This document shows, piece by piece, positions 1 through 12,722 of a DNA stretch of 64,000 nucleotides (positions within the stretch are counted from its first letter, which is position 1; each line of letters begins with the position of its first letter). This DNA is from Paragordius varius (taxonomy: Eukaryota; Animalia; Nematomorpha): assembly GCA_964247055.1 (NCBI GenBank), contig OZ176050.1, forward strand, positions 1,116,001-1,180,000, in the 5' to 3' direction. The position numbers and the translations under genes were made by a program. The notes below the pieces were generated by a model. That model was not told the origin of the DNA, searched no databases, and was given only the letters and a program-made list of their open reading frames with translations.

Positions 1-6
1 AATACA

Positions 7-29
7 GAGATAGTTTGACAAACTCTTTC
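7..29. other. Imperfect dyad GAGATAGTTTG-A-CAAACTCTTTC (perfect core AGTTTG-A-CAAACT at 12-24)
   Basis: The left arm GAGATAGTTTG matches the reverse complement of the right arm (GAAAGAGTTTG) at 9 of 11 positions. Confidence 0.85.
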
Positions 30-122
30 ATATCCGATTTTTACAACGATACTTTAAAAATTAATGTATAAAACTAGTCGCATCAATACTCAAGTTAAAC
101 TTTGTCCTTAAAAATCGGATAT
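30..122. repeat. Perfect 14-bp inverted repeat within the monomer (arms 30-43 and 109-122, 65-bp spacer), present in most monomers
   Basis: ATATCCGATTTTTA (30-43) is the exact reverse complement of TAAAAATCGGATAT (109-122). Confidence 0.95.
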
Positions 123-139
123 TGGTCACCGGTGAACAA
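122..139. other. Palindrome TCACCGGTGA (126-135) within an 18-bp dyad with one mismatched pair; contains an AgeI site and overlaps a BstEII site
   Basis: The sequence reads TTG-G-TCACCGGTGA-A-CAA. The only mismatch is G125/A136. ACCGGT is the AgeI site and GGTCACC the BstEII site. Confidence 0.9.
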
Positions 140-3100
140 AACTATTTTTTATACATTCTCTTAGTAAGACTACATCAAAATATAGAGATAGTTTGACAAA
201 CTCTTTCATATCCGATTTTTACAACGATACTTTAAAAATTAATGTATTAAACTAGTCGCATCAATACTCAAGTTAAACTTTGTCCTTAAAAATCGGATAT
301 TGGTCACCGGTGAACAAAATTATTTTTTATACATTCTCATAGTAAGACTACATCAAAATATAGAAATAGTTTGACAAACTCTTTCATATCCGATTTTTAC
401 AACGATATTTAAAAATTAATGTATAAAACTAGTCGTATCAATAAATAGCATCAATACTCAAGTTAAACTTTGTCCTTAAGAATCGGATATTGGTCACCGA
501 TGAACAAAATTATTTTTTATACATTCTCTTAGTAGGACTACATCAAAATATAGAGATAGTTTGGCAAACTTTTTCATAATCGATTTTTACAACGATACTT
601 TAAAAATTAATGTATAAAACTAGTCGTATCAATACTCAAGTTATTTGTCCTTAAAAATCGGATATTGGTCCCCGGTGAACAAAATTATTTTTTATACATT
701 CTCTTAGTAAAACTACATCAAAATATAGAAATAGTTTGACAAACTCTTTCATATCCGATTTTTACAACGATACTTTAAAAATTAATGTATAAAACTAGTC
801 GCATCAATACTCAAGTTATTTGTCCTTAAAAATTGGATATTGGTCCCCGGTGAACAAAATTATTTTTTATACATTCTCTTAGTAAAACTACATCAAAATA
901 TAGAAATAGTTAAACAAATTCTTTCATATCCGATTTTTACAACGATACTTTAAAAATTAATGTATAAAACTAGTCGCATCAATACTCAAGTTAAATTTTG
1001 TCCTTAAAAATGGGATATTGGTCACCGGTGAACAAAACTATTTTTTATACATTCTCTTAGTAAGACTACATCAAAATATAGAGATAGTTTGACAAACTAT
1101 TTCATATCCGATTTTTACAACGATACTTTAGAAATTAATGTATTAAACTAGTCGCATCAATACTCAAGTTAAACTGTGTCCTTAAAAATCGGATATTGGT
1201 CACCGGTGAACAAAACTATTTTTTATACATTCTCTTAGTAGGACTACATCAAAATATAGAGATAGTTTGGCAAACTCTTTCATATCCGATTTTTACAACG
1301 ATACTTTAAAAATTATGGTATTAAACCAGTCGCATCAATACTCAAGTTACACTTTGTCCTTAAAAATCGGATATTGGTCACCGGTGAACAAAACTACTTA
1401 TTATACATTCTCTTAGTAAGACTACAACAAAATATAGAGCTAGTTTGACAAACTCTTTCAAATCCGATTTTTACAACGATATTTAAAAATTAATGTATAA
1501 AACTAGTCGTATCAATAAATCGCATCAATACTCAAGTTAAACTTTGTCCTTAAAAATCGGATATTGGTCACCGGTGAACAAAACTATTTTTTATACATTC
1601 TCTTAGTAAGACTACATCAAAATATAGAGATAGTTTGACAAACCCTTTCATATCCGATTTTTACAACAATTCTTTAAAAATTAATGTATTAAACTAGTCG
1701 CATCAATACTCAAGTTAAACTTTATCCTTAAAAATCAGATATTGGTCACCGGTGAACAAAATTATTTTTTATACATTCTCTTAGTAGGACTACATCAAAA
1801 TATAGAGATAGTTTGGCAAACTCTTTCATATCCGATTTTTACAACGATACTTTAAAAATTATGGTATTAAACCAGTCGCATCAATACTCAAGTTAAACTT
1901 TGTCCTTAAAAATGAGATATTGGTCACCGGTGAACAAAATTATTTTTTATACATTCTCTTAGTAGGACTACATCAAAATATAGAGATAGTTTGGCAAACT
2001 CTTTCATATCCGATTTTTACAACGATACTTTAAAAATTATGGTATTAAACCAGTCGCATCAATACTCAAGTTAAACTTTGTCCTTAAAAATCGTATATTG
2101 GTCACCGGTGAACAAAACTATTTTTTATACATTCTCTTAGTAAGACTACATCAAAATATAGAGATAGTTTGACAAACTCTTTCATATCCGATTTTTACAA
2201 CGATACTTTAAAAATTAATGTATTAAACTAGTCGCATCAATACTCAAGTTAAACTTTGTCCTTAAAAATCGGATATTGGTCACCGGTGAACAAAATTATT
2301 TTTTATACATTCTCATAGTAAGACTACATCAAAATATAGAAATAGTTTGACAAACTCTTTCATATCCGATTTTTACAACGATATTTAAAAATTAATGTAT
2401 AAAACTAGTCGTATCAATAAATAGCATCAATACTCAAGTTAAACTTTGTCCTTAAGAATCGGATATTGGTCACCGATGAACAAAATTATTTTTTATACAT
2501 TCTCTTAGTAGGACTACATCAAAATATAGAGATAGTTTGGCAAACTTTTTCATAATCGATTTTTACAACGATACTTTAAAAATTAATGTATAAAACTAGT
2601 CGCATCAATACTCAAGTTATTTGTCCTTAAAAATCGGATATTGGTCACCGGTGAACAAAATTATTTTTTATAGATTCTCTTAGTAAAACTACATCAAAAT
2701 ATAGAAATAGTTTGACAAATTCTTTCATATCCGATTTTTACAACAATACTTTAAAAATTAATGTATAAAACTAGTCGCATCAATACTCAAGTTAAATTTT
2801 GTCCTTAAAAATGGGATATTGGTCACCGGTGAACAAAACTATTTTTTATACATTCTCTTAGTAAGACTACATTAAAATATAGAGATAGTTTGACAAACTA
2901 TTTCATATCCGATTTTTACAACGATACTTTAGAAATTAATGTATTAAACTAGTCGCATCAATACTCAAGTTTAACTTTGTCCTTAAAAATCGGATATTGG
3001 TCACCGGTGAACAAAACTATTTTTTATACATTCTCTTAGTAGGACTACATCAAAGAGATAGTTTGGCAAACTCTTTCATATCCGATTTTTACAGCGATAC

Positions 3101-4116
3101 TTTAAAAATTAATGTATTAAACTAGTCGCATCAATACTCAAGTTAAACTTTGTCCTTAAAAATCGGATATTGGTCACCGGTGAACGAAACTATTTTTTAT
3201 ACATTCTCTTAGTAGGACTACATCAAAATATAGAGATAGTTTGGCAAACTCTTTCATATCCGATTTTTACAGCGATACTTTAAAAATTAATGTATTAAAC
3301 TAGTCGCATCAATACTCAAGTTAAACTTTGTCCTTAAAAATCGGATATTGGTCACCGGTGAACGAAACTATTTTTTATACATTCTCTTAGTAAAACTACA
3401 TCAAAATATAGAAATAGTTTGACAAATTCTTTCATATCCGATTTTTACAACGATACTTTAAAAATTAATGTATAAAACTAGTCGCATCAATACTCAAGTT
3501 AAATTTTGTCCTTAAAAATGGGATATTGGTCACCGGTGAACAAAACTATTTTTTATACATTCTCTTAGTAAGACTACATCAAAATATAGAGATAGTTTGA
3601 CAAACTATTTCATATCCGATTTTTACAACGATACTTTAGAAATTAATGTATTAAACTAGTCGCATCAATACTCAAGTTAAACTTTGTCCTTAAAAATCGG
3701 ATATTGGTCACCGGTGAACAAAACTATTTTTTTTACATTCTCTTAGTAAGACTACATCAAAATATAGAGATAGTTTGACAAACTCTTTCATATCCGATTT
3801 TTACAGCGATACTTTAAAAATTAATGTATTAAACTAGTCGCATCAATACTCAAGTTAAACTTTGTCCTTAAAAATCGGATATTGGTCACCGGTGAACGAA
3901 ACTAATTTTTATACATTCTCTTAGTAGGACTACATCAAAATATAGAGATAGTTTGGCAAACTCTTTCATATCCGATTTTTACAACGATACTTTAAAAATT
4001 AATGTATAAAACTAGTCGCATCAATACTCAAGTTAACATTTGTCCTTAAAAATCGGATATTGGTCACGGGTGAACAAAATTAGTTTTTATACATTCTCAT
4101 AGTAAGACTACATCAA

Positions 4117-4251
4117 AATATAGAAATAGTTTGACAAACTCTTTCATATCCGATATTACAACGATAAAGCTAAACATTGTCCTTAAAAATCGGATATTGG
4201 TCACCGGTGAACAAAACTATTTTTTATACATTCTCATTAAGACTACATCAA
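4117..4251 (+). repeat. 135-bp deletion monomer, copy 1
   Basis: CCGATATTACAACGATA|AAGCTAAACATTGTCC marks a 40-bp internal deletion. Additional 1-bp (GATATT) and 2-bp (TTCTCATTAAG) losses give 178-43=135. Confidence 0.93.
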
Positions 4252-4429
4252 AATATAGAGATAGTTTGACAAACTCTTTCATATCCGATTTTTACAGCGA
4301 TACTTTAAAAATTAATGTATTAAACTAGTCGCATCAATACTCAAGTTAAACTTTGTCCTTAAAAATCGGATATTGGTCACCGGTGAAAAAAATTATTTTT
4401 TATACATTCTCTTAGTAAGACTACATCAA

Positions 4430-5489
4430 AATATAGAGATAGTTTGACAAACTCTATCATATCCGATTTTTACAACGATACTTTAAAAATTATGGTATTA
4501 AACCAGTCGCATCAATACTCACGTATAACTTTGTCCTTAAAAATCGGATATTGGTCACCGGTGAACAAAATTATTTTATATACATTCTCTTAGTAAAACT
4601 ACATCAAAATACAGAGATAGTTTGACAAACTCTTTCATATCCGATTTTTACAACGATACTTTAAAAATTAATGTATAAAACTAGTCGCATCAATACTCAA
4701 GCTAAACATTGTCCTTAAAAATCGGATATTGGTCACCGGTGAACAAAACTATTTTTTATACATTCTCTTAGTAAGACTACATCATTATATAGAGATAGTT
4801 TGACAAACTCTTTCATATCCGATTTTTACAACGATATTTAAAAATTAATGTATAAAACTAGTCGTATCAATACTCAAGTTATTTGTCCTTAAAAATCGGA
4901 TATTGGTCACCGGTGAACAAAATTATTTTTTATACATTCTCTTAGTACGACTACATCAAAATATAGAGATAGTTTGACAAACTCTTTCATATCCGATTTT
5001 TACAACGATACTTTAAAAATTATGGTATTAAACCAGTCGCATCAATACTCACGTATAACTTTGTCCTTAAAAATCGGATATTGGTCACCGGTGAACAAAA
5101 TTATTTTATATACATTCTCTTAGTAAAACTACATCAAAATATAGAGATAGTTTGACAAACTCTTTCATATCCGATTTTTACAACGATACTTTAAAAATTA
5201 ATGTATAAAACTAGTCGCATCAATACTCAAGCTAAACATTGTCCTTAAAAATCGGATATTGGTCACCGGTGAACAAAACTATTTTTTATACATTCTCTTA
5301 GTAAGACTACATCATTATATAGAGATAGTTTGACAAACTCTTTCATATCCGATTTTTACAACGATATTTAAAAATTAATGTATAAAACTAGTCGTATCAA
5401 TACTCAAGTTATTTGTCCTTAAAAATCGGATATTGGTCCCCGGTGAACAAAATTATTTTTTATACATTCTCTTAGTAAAACTACATCAA
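4430..5489 (+). repeat. Tandem duplication of a 3-monomer unit (530 bp x2)
   Basis: Private variants recur at 530 bp: CTCACGTATAAC (ACGT at 4521 and 5051) and ATCATTATATAG (4781 and 5311). Unit starts are 4430, 4960 and 5490. Confidence 0.88.
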
Positions 5490-6743
5490 AATATAGAAAT
5501 AGTTTGACAAACTCTTTCATATCCGATTTTTACAACGATACTTTAAAAATTAATGTATAAAACTAGTCGCATCAATACTCAAGTTATTTGTCCTTAAAAA
5601 TTGGATATTGGTCCCCGGTGAACAAAATTATTTTTTATACATTCTCTTAGTAAAACTACATCAAAATATAGAAATAGTTAAACAAATTCTTTCATATCCG
5701 ATTTTTACAACGATACTTTAAAAATTAATGTATAAAACTAGTCGCATCAATACTCAAGTTAAACTTTGTCCTTAAAAATCGGATATTGGTCACCGGTGAA
5801 CAAAACTATTTTTTATACATTCTCTTATTAGGACTACATCAAAATATAGAGATAGTTTGGCAAACTCTTTCATATCCGATTTTTACAACGATACTTTAAA
5901 AATTATGGTATTAAACCAGTCGCATCAATACTCAAGTTACACTTTGTCCTTAAAAATCGGATATTGGTCACCGGTGAACAAAACTACTTATTATACATTC
6001 TCTTAGTAAGACTACAACAAAATATAGAGCTAGTTTGACAAACTCTTTCAAATCCGATTTTTACAACGATATTTAAAAATTAATGTATAAAACTAGTCGT
6101 ATCAATAAATCGCATCAATACTCAAGTTAAACTTTGTCCTTAAAAATCGGATATTGGTCACCGGTGAACGAAACTATTTTTTATACATTCTCTTAGTAGG
6201 ACTACATCAAAATATAGAGATAGTTTGACAAACTCTTTCTTATCCGATTTTTACAACGATACTTTAAAAATTAATGTATTAAACTAGTCGCATCAATACT
6301 CAAGTTAAACTTTGTCCTTTAAAATCGGATATTGACATAGGTGAACAAAATTATTTTTTATACATTCTCTTAGTAAGACTACATCAAAATATAGAGATAG
6401 TTTGACAAACTCTTTCATATCCGATTTTTACAGCGATACTTTAAAAATTAATGTATTAAACTAGTCGCATCAATACATAAGTTAAACTTTGTCCTTAAAA
6501 ATCGGATATTGGTCACCGGTGAACGAAACTATTTTTTATACATTCTCTTAGTAGGACTACATCAAAATATAGAGATAGTTTGACAAACTCTTTCTTATCC
6601 GATTTTTACAACGATACTTTAAAAATTAATGTATAAAACTAGTCGCATCAATACTCAAGTTAAACTTTGTCCTTAAAAATCGGATATTCGTCACCGGTGA
6701 ACAAAATTATTTTTTATACATTCTCTTAGTAAGACTACATCAA

Positions 6744-6878
6744 AATATAGAAATAGTTTGACAAACTCTTTCATATCCGATATTACAACGATAAAGCTAA
6801 ACATTGTCCTTAAAAATCGGATATTGGTCACCGGTGAACAAAACTATTTTTTATACATTCTCATTAAGACTACATCAA
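6744..6878 (+). repeat. 135-bp deletion monomer, copy 2
   Basis: Same junction and linked variants as 4117-4251. Confidence 0.93.
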
Positions 6879-9800
6879 AATATAGAGATAGTTTGACAAA
6901 CTCTTTCATATCCGATTTTTACAGCGATACTTTAAAAATTAATGTATTAAACTAGTCGCATCAATACTCAAGTTAAACTTTGTCCTTAAAAATCGGATAT
7001 TGGTCACCGGTGAACAAAATTATTTTTTATACATTCTCTTAGTAAGACTACATCAAAATATAGAGATAGTTTGACAAACTCTTTCTTATCCGATTTTTAC
7101 AACAATACTTATAAAATTAATGTATAAAACTAGTCGCATCAATACTCAAGTTAAACTTTGTCCTTAAAAATCGGATATTGGTCACCGGTGAACAAAATTA
7201 TTTTTTATACATTCTCTTAGTAAGACTACATCAAAATATAGAGATAGTTTGACAAACACTTTCATATCCGATTTTTACAACGATACTTTAAAAATTATGG
7301 TATTAAACCAGTCGCATCAATACTCAAGCTAAACATTGTCCTTAAAAATAGGATATTGGTCACCGGTGAACAAAATTATTTTATATACATTCTCTTAGTA
7401 AGACTACATCAAAATATAGAGATAGTTTGACAAACTCTTTCATATCCGATTTTTACAACGATATTTAAAAATTAATGTATAAAACTAGTCGTATCAATAA
7501 ATCGCATCAATACTCAAGTTAAACTTTGTCCTTAAAAATCGGATATTGGTCACCGGTGAAGAAAATTATTTCTTATACATTCTCTTAGTAAGACTACATC
7601 AAAATATAGAGATAGTTTGACAAACTCTTTCATATCCGATTTTTACAACGATACTTTATAAATTATGGTATTAAACCAGTCGCATCAATACTCAAGTTAA
7701 ACTTTGTCCTTTAAAATCGGATATTGATCACTAGGTGAACAAAATTATTTTTTATACATTCTCTTAGTAAGACTACATCAAAATATAGAGATAGTTTGAC
7801 AAACTCTTTCATATCCGATTTTTACAGCGATACTTTAAAAATTAATGTATTAAACTAGTCGCATCAATACATAAGTTAAACTTTGTCCTTAAAAATCGGA
7901 TATTGGTCACCGGTGAACGAAACTATTTTTTATACATTCTCTTAGTAGGACTACATCAAAATATAGAGATAGTTTGGAAAACTCTTTAATATCCGATTTT
8001 TACAACGATACTTTAAAAATTATGGTATTAAACCAGTCGCATCAATACTCAAGTTACACTTTGTCCTTAAAAATCGGATATTGGTCACCGGTGAACAAAA
8101 CTACTTATTATACATTCTCTTAGTAAGACTACAACAAAATATAGAGATAGTTTGACAAACTCTTTCAAATCCGATTTTTACAACGATATTTAAAAATCAA
8201 TGTATAAAACTAGTCGTATCAATAAATCGCATCAATACTCAAGTTAAACTTTGTCCTTAAAAATCGGATATTGGTCCCCGGTGAACAAAATTATTTTTTA
8301 TACATTCTCTTAGTAAAACTACATCAAAATATAGAAATAGTTTGACAAACTCTTTCATATCCGATTTTTACAACGATACTTTAAAAATTAATGTATAAAA
8401 CTAGTCGCATCAATACTCAAGTTATTTGTCCTTAAAAATTGGATATTGGTCCCCGGTGAAAAAATTATTTTTTATACATTCTCTTAGTAAAAGTACATCA
8501 AAATATAGAAATAGTTAAACAAATTCTTTCATATCCGATTTTTACAACGATACTTTAAAAATTAATGTATAAAACTAGTCGCATCAATACTCAAGTTAAA
8601 TTTTGTCCTTAAAAATGGGATATTGGTCACCGGTGAACAAAACTATTTTTTATACATTCTCTTAGTAAGACTACATCAAAATATAGAGATAGTTTGACAA
8701 ACTATTTCATATCCGATTTTTACAACGATACTTTAGAAATTAATGTATTAAACTAGTCGCATCAATACTCAAGCTAAACTTTGTCCTTAAAAATCGGATA
8801 TTGGTCACCGGTGAACAAAACTATTTTTTATACATTCTCTTAGTAGGACTACATCAAAATATAGAGATAGTTTGGCAAACTCTTTCATATCCGATTTTTA
8901 CAACGATACTTTAAAAATTATGGTATTAAACCAGTCGCATCAATACTCAAGTTACACTTTGTCCTTAAAAATCGGATATTGGTCACCGGTGAACAAAACT
9001 ACTTATTATACATTCTCTTAGTAAGACTACAACAAAATATAGAGCTAGTTTGACAAACTCTTTCAAATCCGATTTTTACAACGATATTTAAAAATTAATG
9101 TATAAAACTAGTCGTATCAATAAATCGCATCTATACTCAAGTTAAACTTTGTCCTTAAAAATCGGATATTGGTCACCGGTGAACGAAACTATTTTTTATA
9201 CATTCTCTTAGTAGGACTACATCAAAATATAGAGATAGTTTGACAAACTCTTTCTTATCCGATTTTTACAACGATACTTTAAAAATTAATGTATAAAACT
9301 AGTCGCATCAATACTCAAGTTAAACTTTGTCCTTAAAAATCGGATATTGGTCACCGGTGAACAAAACTATTTTTTATACATTCTCTTAGTAAGACTACAT
9401 CAAAATATAGAGATAGTTTGACAAACTCTTTCATATCCGATTTTTACAACGATACTTTAAAAATTAATGTATTAAACTAGTCGCATCAATACTCAAGTTA
9501 AACTTTGTCCTTTAAAATCGGATATTGACATAGGTGAACAAAATTATTTTTTATACATTCTCTTAGTAAGACTACATCAAAATATAGAGATAGTTTGACA
9601 AACTCTTTCATATCCGATTTTTACAGCGATACTTTAAAAATTAATGTATTAAACTAGTCGCATCAATACATAAGTTAAACTTTGTCCTTAAAAATCGGAT
9701 ATTGGTCACCGGTGAACGAAACTATTTTTTATACATTCTCTTAGTAGGACTACATCAAAATATAGAGATAGTTTGACAAACTCTTTCTTATCCGATTTTT

Positions 9801-9936
9801 ACAGCGATACTTTAAAAATTAATGTATAAAACTAGTCGCATCAATACTCAAGTTAAACTTTGTCCTTAAAAATCGGATATTCGTCACCGGTGAACAAAAT
9901 TATTTTTTATACATTCTCTTAGTAAGACTACATCAA

Positions 9937-10071
9937 AATATAGAAATAGTTTGACAAACTCTTTCATATCCGATATTACAACGATAAAGCTAAACATTGT
10001 CCTTAAAAATCGGATATTGGTCACCGGTGAACAAAACTATTTTTTATACATTCTCATTAAGACTACATCAA
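9937..10071 (+). repeat. 135-bp deletion monomer, copy 3
   Basis: Same junction and linked variants as 4117-4251. Confidence 0.93.
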
Positions 10072-12587
10072 AATATAGAGATAGTTTGACAAACTCTTTC
10101 ATATCCGATTTTTACAGCGATACTTTAAAAATTAATGTATTAAACTAGTCGCATCAATACTCAAGTTAAACTTTGTCCTTAAAAATCGGATATTGGTCAC
10201 CGGTGAACAAAATTATTTTTTATACATTCTCTTAGTAAGACTACATCAAAATATAGAGATAGTTTGACAAACTCTTTCTTATCCGATTTTTACAACGATA
10301 CTTATAAAATTAATGTATAAAACTAGTCGCATCAATACTCAAGTTAAACTTTGTCCTTAAAAATCGGATATTGGTCACCGGTGAACAAAATTATTTTTTA
10401 TACATTCTCTTAGTAAGACTACATCAAAATATAGAGATAGTTTGACAAACACTTTCATATCCGATTTTTACAACGATACTTTAAAAATTATGGTATTAAA
10501 CCAGTCGCATCAATACTCAAGCTAAACATTGTCCTTAAAAATAGGATATTGGTCACCGGTGAACAAAATTATTTTATATACATTCTCTTAGTAAGACTAC
10601 ATCAAAATATAGAGATAGTTTGACAAACTCTTTCTTATCCGATTTTTACAACGATACTTATAAAATTAATGTATAAAACTAGTCGCATCAATACTCAAGT
10701 TAAACTTTGTCCTTAAAAATCGGATATTGGTCACCGGTGAACAAAATTATTTTTTATACATTCTCTTAGTAAGACTACATCAAAATATAGAGATAGTTTG
10801 ACAAACTCTTTCATATCCGATTTTTACAACGATATTTAAAAATTAATGTATAAAACTAGTCGTATCAATAAATCGCATCAATACTCAAGTTAAACTTTGT
10901 CCTTAAAAATCGGATATTGGTCACCGGTGAAGAAAATTATTTCTTATACATTCTCTTAGTAAGACTACATCAAAATATAGAGATAGTTTGACAAACTCTT
11001 TCATATCCGATTTTTACAACGATACTTTATAAATTATGGTATTAAACCAGTCGCATCAATACTCAAGTTAAACTTTGTCCTTAAAAATCGGATATTGGTC
11101 ACCGGTGAACAAAACTATTTTTTATACATTCTCTTAGTAAGACTACATCAAAATATAGAGATAGTTTGACAAACTCTTTCATATCCGATTTTTACAACGA
11201 TACTTTAAAAATTAATGTATTAAACTAGTCGCATCAATACTCAAGTTAAACTTTGTCCTTTAAAATCGGATATTGATCACTAGGTGAACAAAATTATTTT
11301 TTATACATTCTCTTAGTAAGACTACATCAAAATATAGAGATAGTTTGACAAACTCTTTCATATCCGATTTTTACAGCGATACTTTAAAAATTAATGTATT
11401 AAACTAGTCGCATCAATACATAAGTTAAACTTTGTCCTTAAAAATCGGATATTGGTCACCGGTGAACGAAACTATTTTTTATACATTCTCTTAGTAGGAC
11501 TACATCAAAATATAGAGATAGTTTGGAAAACTCTTTAATATCCGATTTTTACAACGATACTTTAAAAATTATGGTATTAAACCAGTCGCATCAATACTCA
11601 AGTTACACTTTGTCCTTAAAAATCGGATATTGGTAACCGGTGAACAAAACTACTTATTATACATTCTCTTAGTAAGACTACAACAAAATATAGAGATAGT
11701 TTGACAAACTCTTTCAAATCCGATTTTTACAACGATATTTAAAAATTAATGTATAAAACTAGTCGTATCAATAAATCGCATCAATACTCAAGTTAAACTT
11801 TGTCCTTAAAAATCGGATATTGGTCACCGGTGAACAAAATTGTTTTTTATACATTCTCTTAGTAGGACTACATCAAAATATAGAGATAGTTTGGCAAACT
11901 TTTTCATATCCGATTTTTACAACGATACTTTAAAAATTATGGTATTAAACCAGTCGCATCAATACTCAAGTTAAACTTTGTCCTTAAAAATCGGATATTG
12001 GTCACCGGTGAACAAAATTATTTTTTATACATTCTCTTTGTAAGACTACATCAAAATATAGAAATAGTTTGACAAACTCTTTCATATCCGATTTTTACAA
12101 CGATACTTTATAAATTATGGTATTAAACCAGTCGGATCAATACTCAAGTTAAACTTTGTCCTTAAAAATCGGATATTGGTCACCGGTGAACAAAACTATT
12201 TTTTATACATTCTCTTAGTAAGACTACATCAAAATATAGAGATAGTTTGACAAACTCTTTCATATCCGATTTTTACAACGATACTTTAAAAATTAATGTA
12301 TTAAACTAGTCGCATCAATACTCAATTTAACTTTGTCCTTAAAAATCGGATATTGGTCACCGGTGAACGAAACTATTTTTTATACATTCTCTTAGTAGGA
12401 CTACATCAAAATATAGAGATAGTTTGGCAAACTCTTTCATATCCGATTTTTACAACGATACTTTAAAAATTAATGTATAAAACTAGTCGCATCAATACTC
12501 AAGTTAAACTTTGTCCTTAAAAATCGGATATTCGTCACCGGTGAACAAAATTATTTTTTATACATTCTCTTAGTAAGACTACATCAA

Positions 12588-12722
12588 AATATAGAAATAG
12601 TTTGACAAACTCTTTCATATCCGATATTACAACGATAAAGCTAAACATTGTCCTTAAAAATCGGATATTGGTCACCGGTGAACAAAACTATTTTTTATAC
12701 ATTCTCATTAAGACTACATCAA
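12588..12722 (+). repeat. 135-bp deletion monomer, copy 4
   Basis: Same junction and linked variants as 4117-4251. Confidence 0.93.

Larger units (their letters stand above)
1..178 (+). repeat. Representative canonical 178-bp monomer (phase defined arbitrarily at the window start)
   Basis: Counted base by base. The next copy starts at 179 and the following one at 357. Confidence 0.97.
5435..11821 (+). repeat. Imperfect tandem segmental duplication: 16-monomer copy (~5435-8272) followed by a 20-monomer copy (~8273-11821)
   Basis: Shared rare variants appear at offsets of 2837/2838 (GGTCCCC, TAAACAAATT), 3015 (AAACTACTTA 5981/8996), 3193 (ATTGACATAGG 6331/9524 and the deletion monomer), 3371 (GAAAATTATTTCTT) and 3549 (GATCACTAGG 7726/11275, GTTTGGAAAA 7972/11521). 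Confidence 0.82.

Noticed and set aside
30-122. Intact MITE or IS element bounded by the 14-bp inverted repeat
   Set aside because: There is no target-site duplication or dispersed context, and the arms are internal to a tandem unit. A transposon origin remains only a hypothesis.
30-135. CENP-B box
   Set aside because: No match to the TTCG-n4-A-n2-CGGG core was found on either strand of the consensus.
51-160. Promoter-like, poly(A)-signal-like (AATAAA in insertion monomers) or terminator-like motifs
   Set aside because: Such motifs are expected by chance in ~72% AT sequence, and there is no associated gene.
1-178. Identity with Arabidopsis CEN178 or primate alpha satellite
   Set aside because: Only the length resembles CEN178. 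The sequence is more AT-rich than I recall for CEN178 and lacks its HindIII site in the consensus. Alpha satellite is 171 bp. I recognise no sequence similarity to either; BLAST would settle it.
1-178. 10-bp-phased A-tracts implying intrinsic curvature
   Set aside because: A/T tracts are abundant, but I could not establish regular helical phasing by eye. It needs a curvature or periodicity computation.
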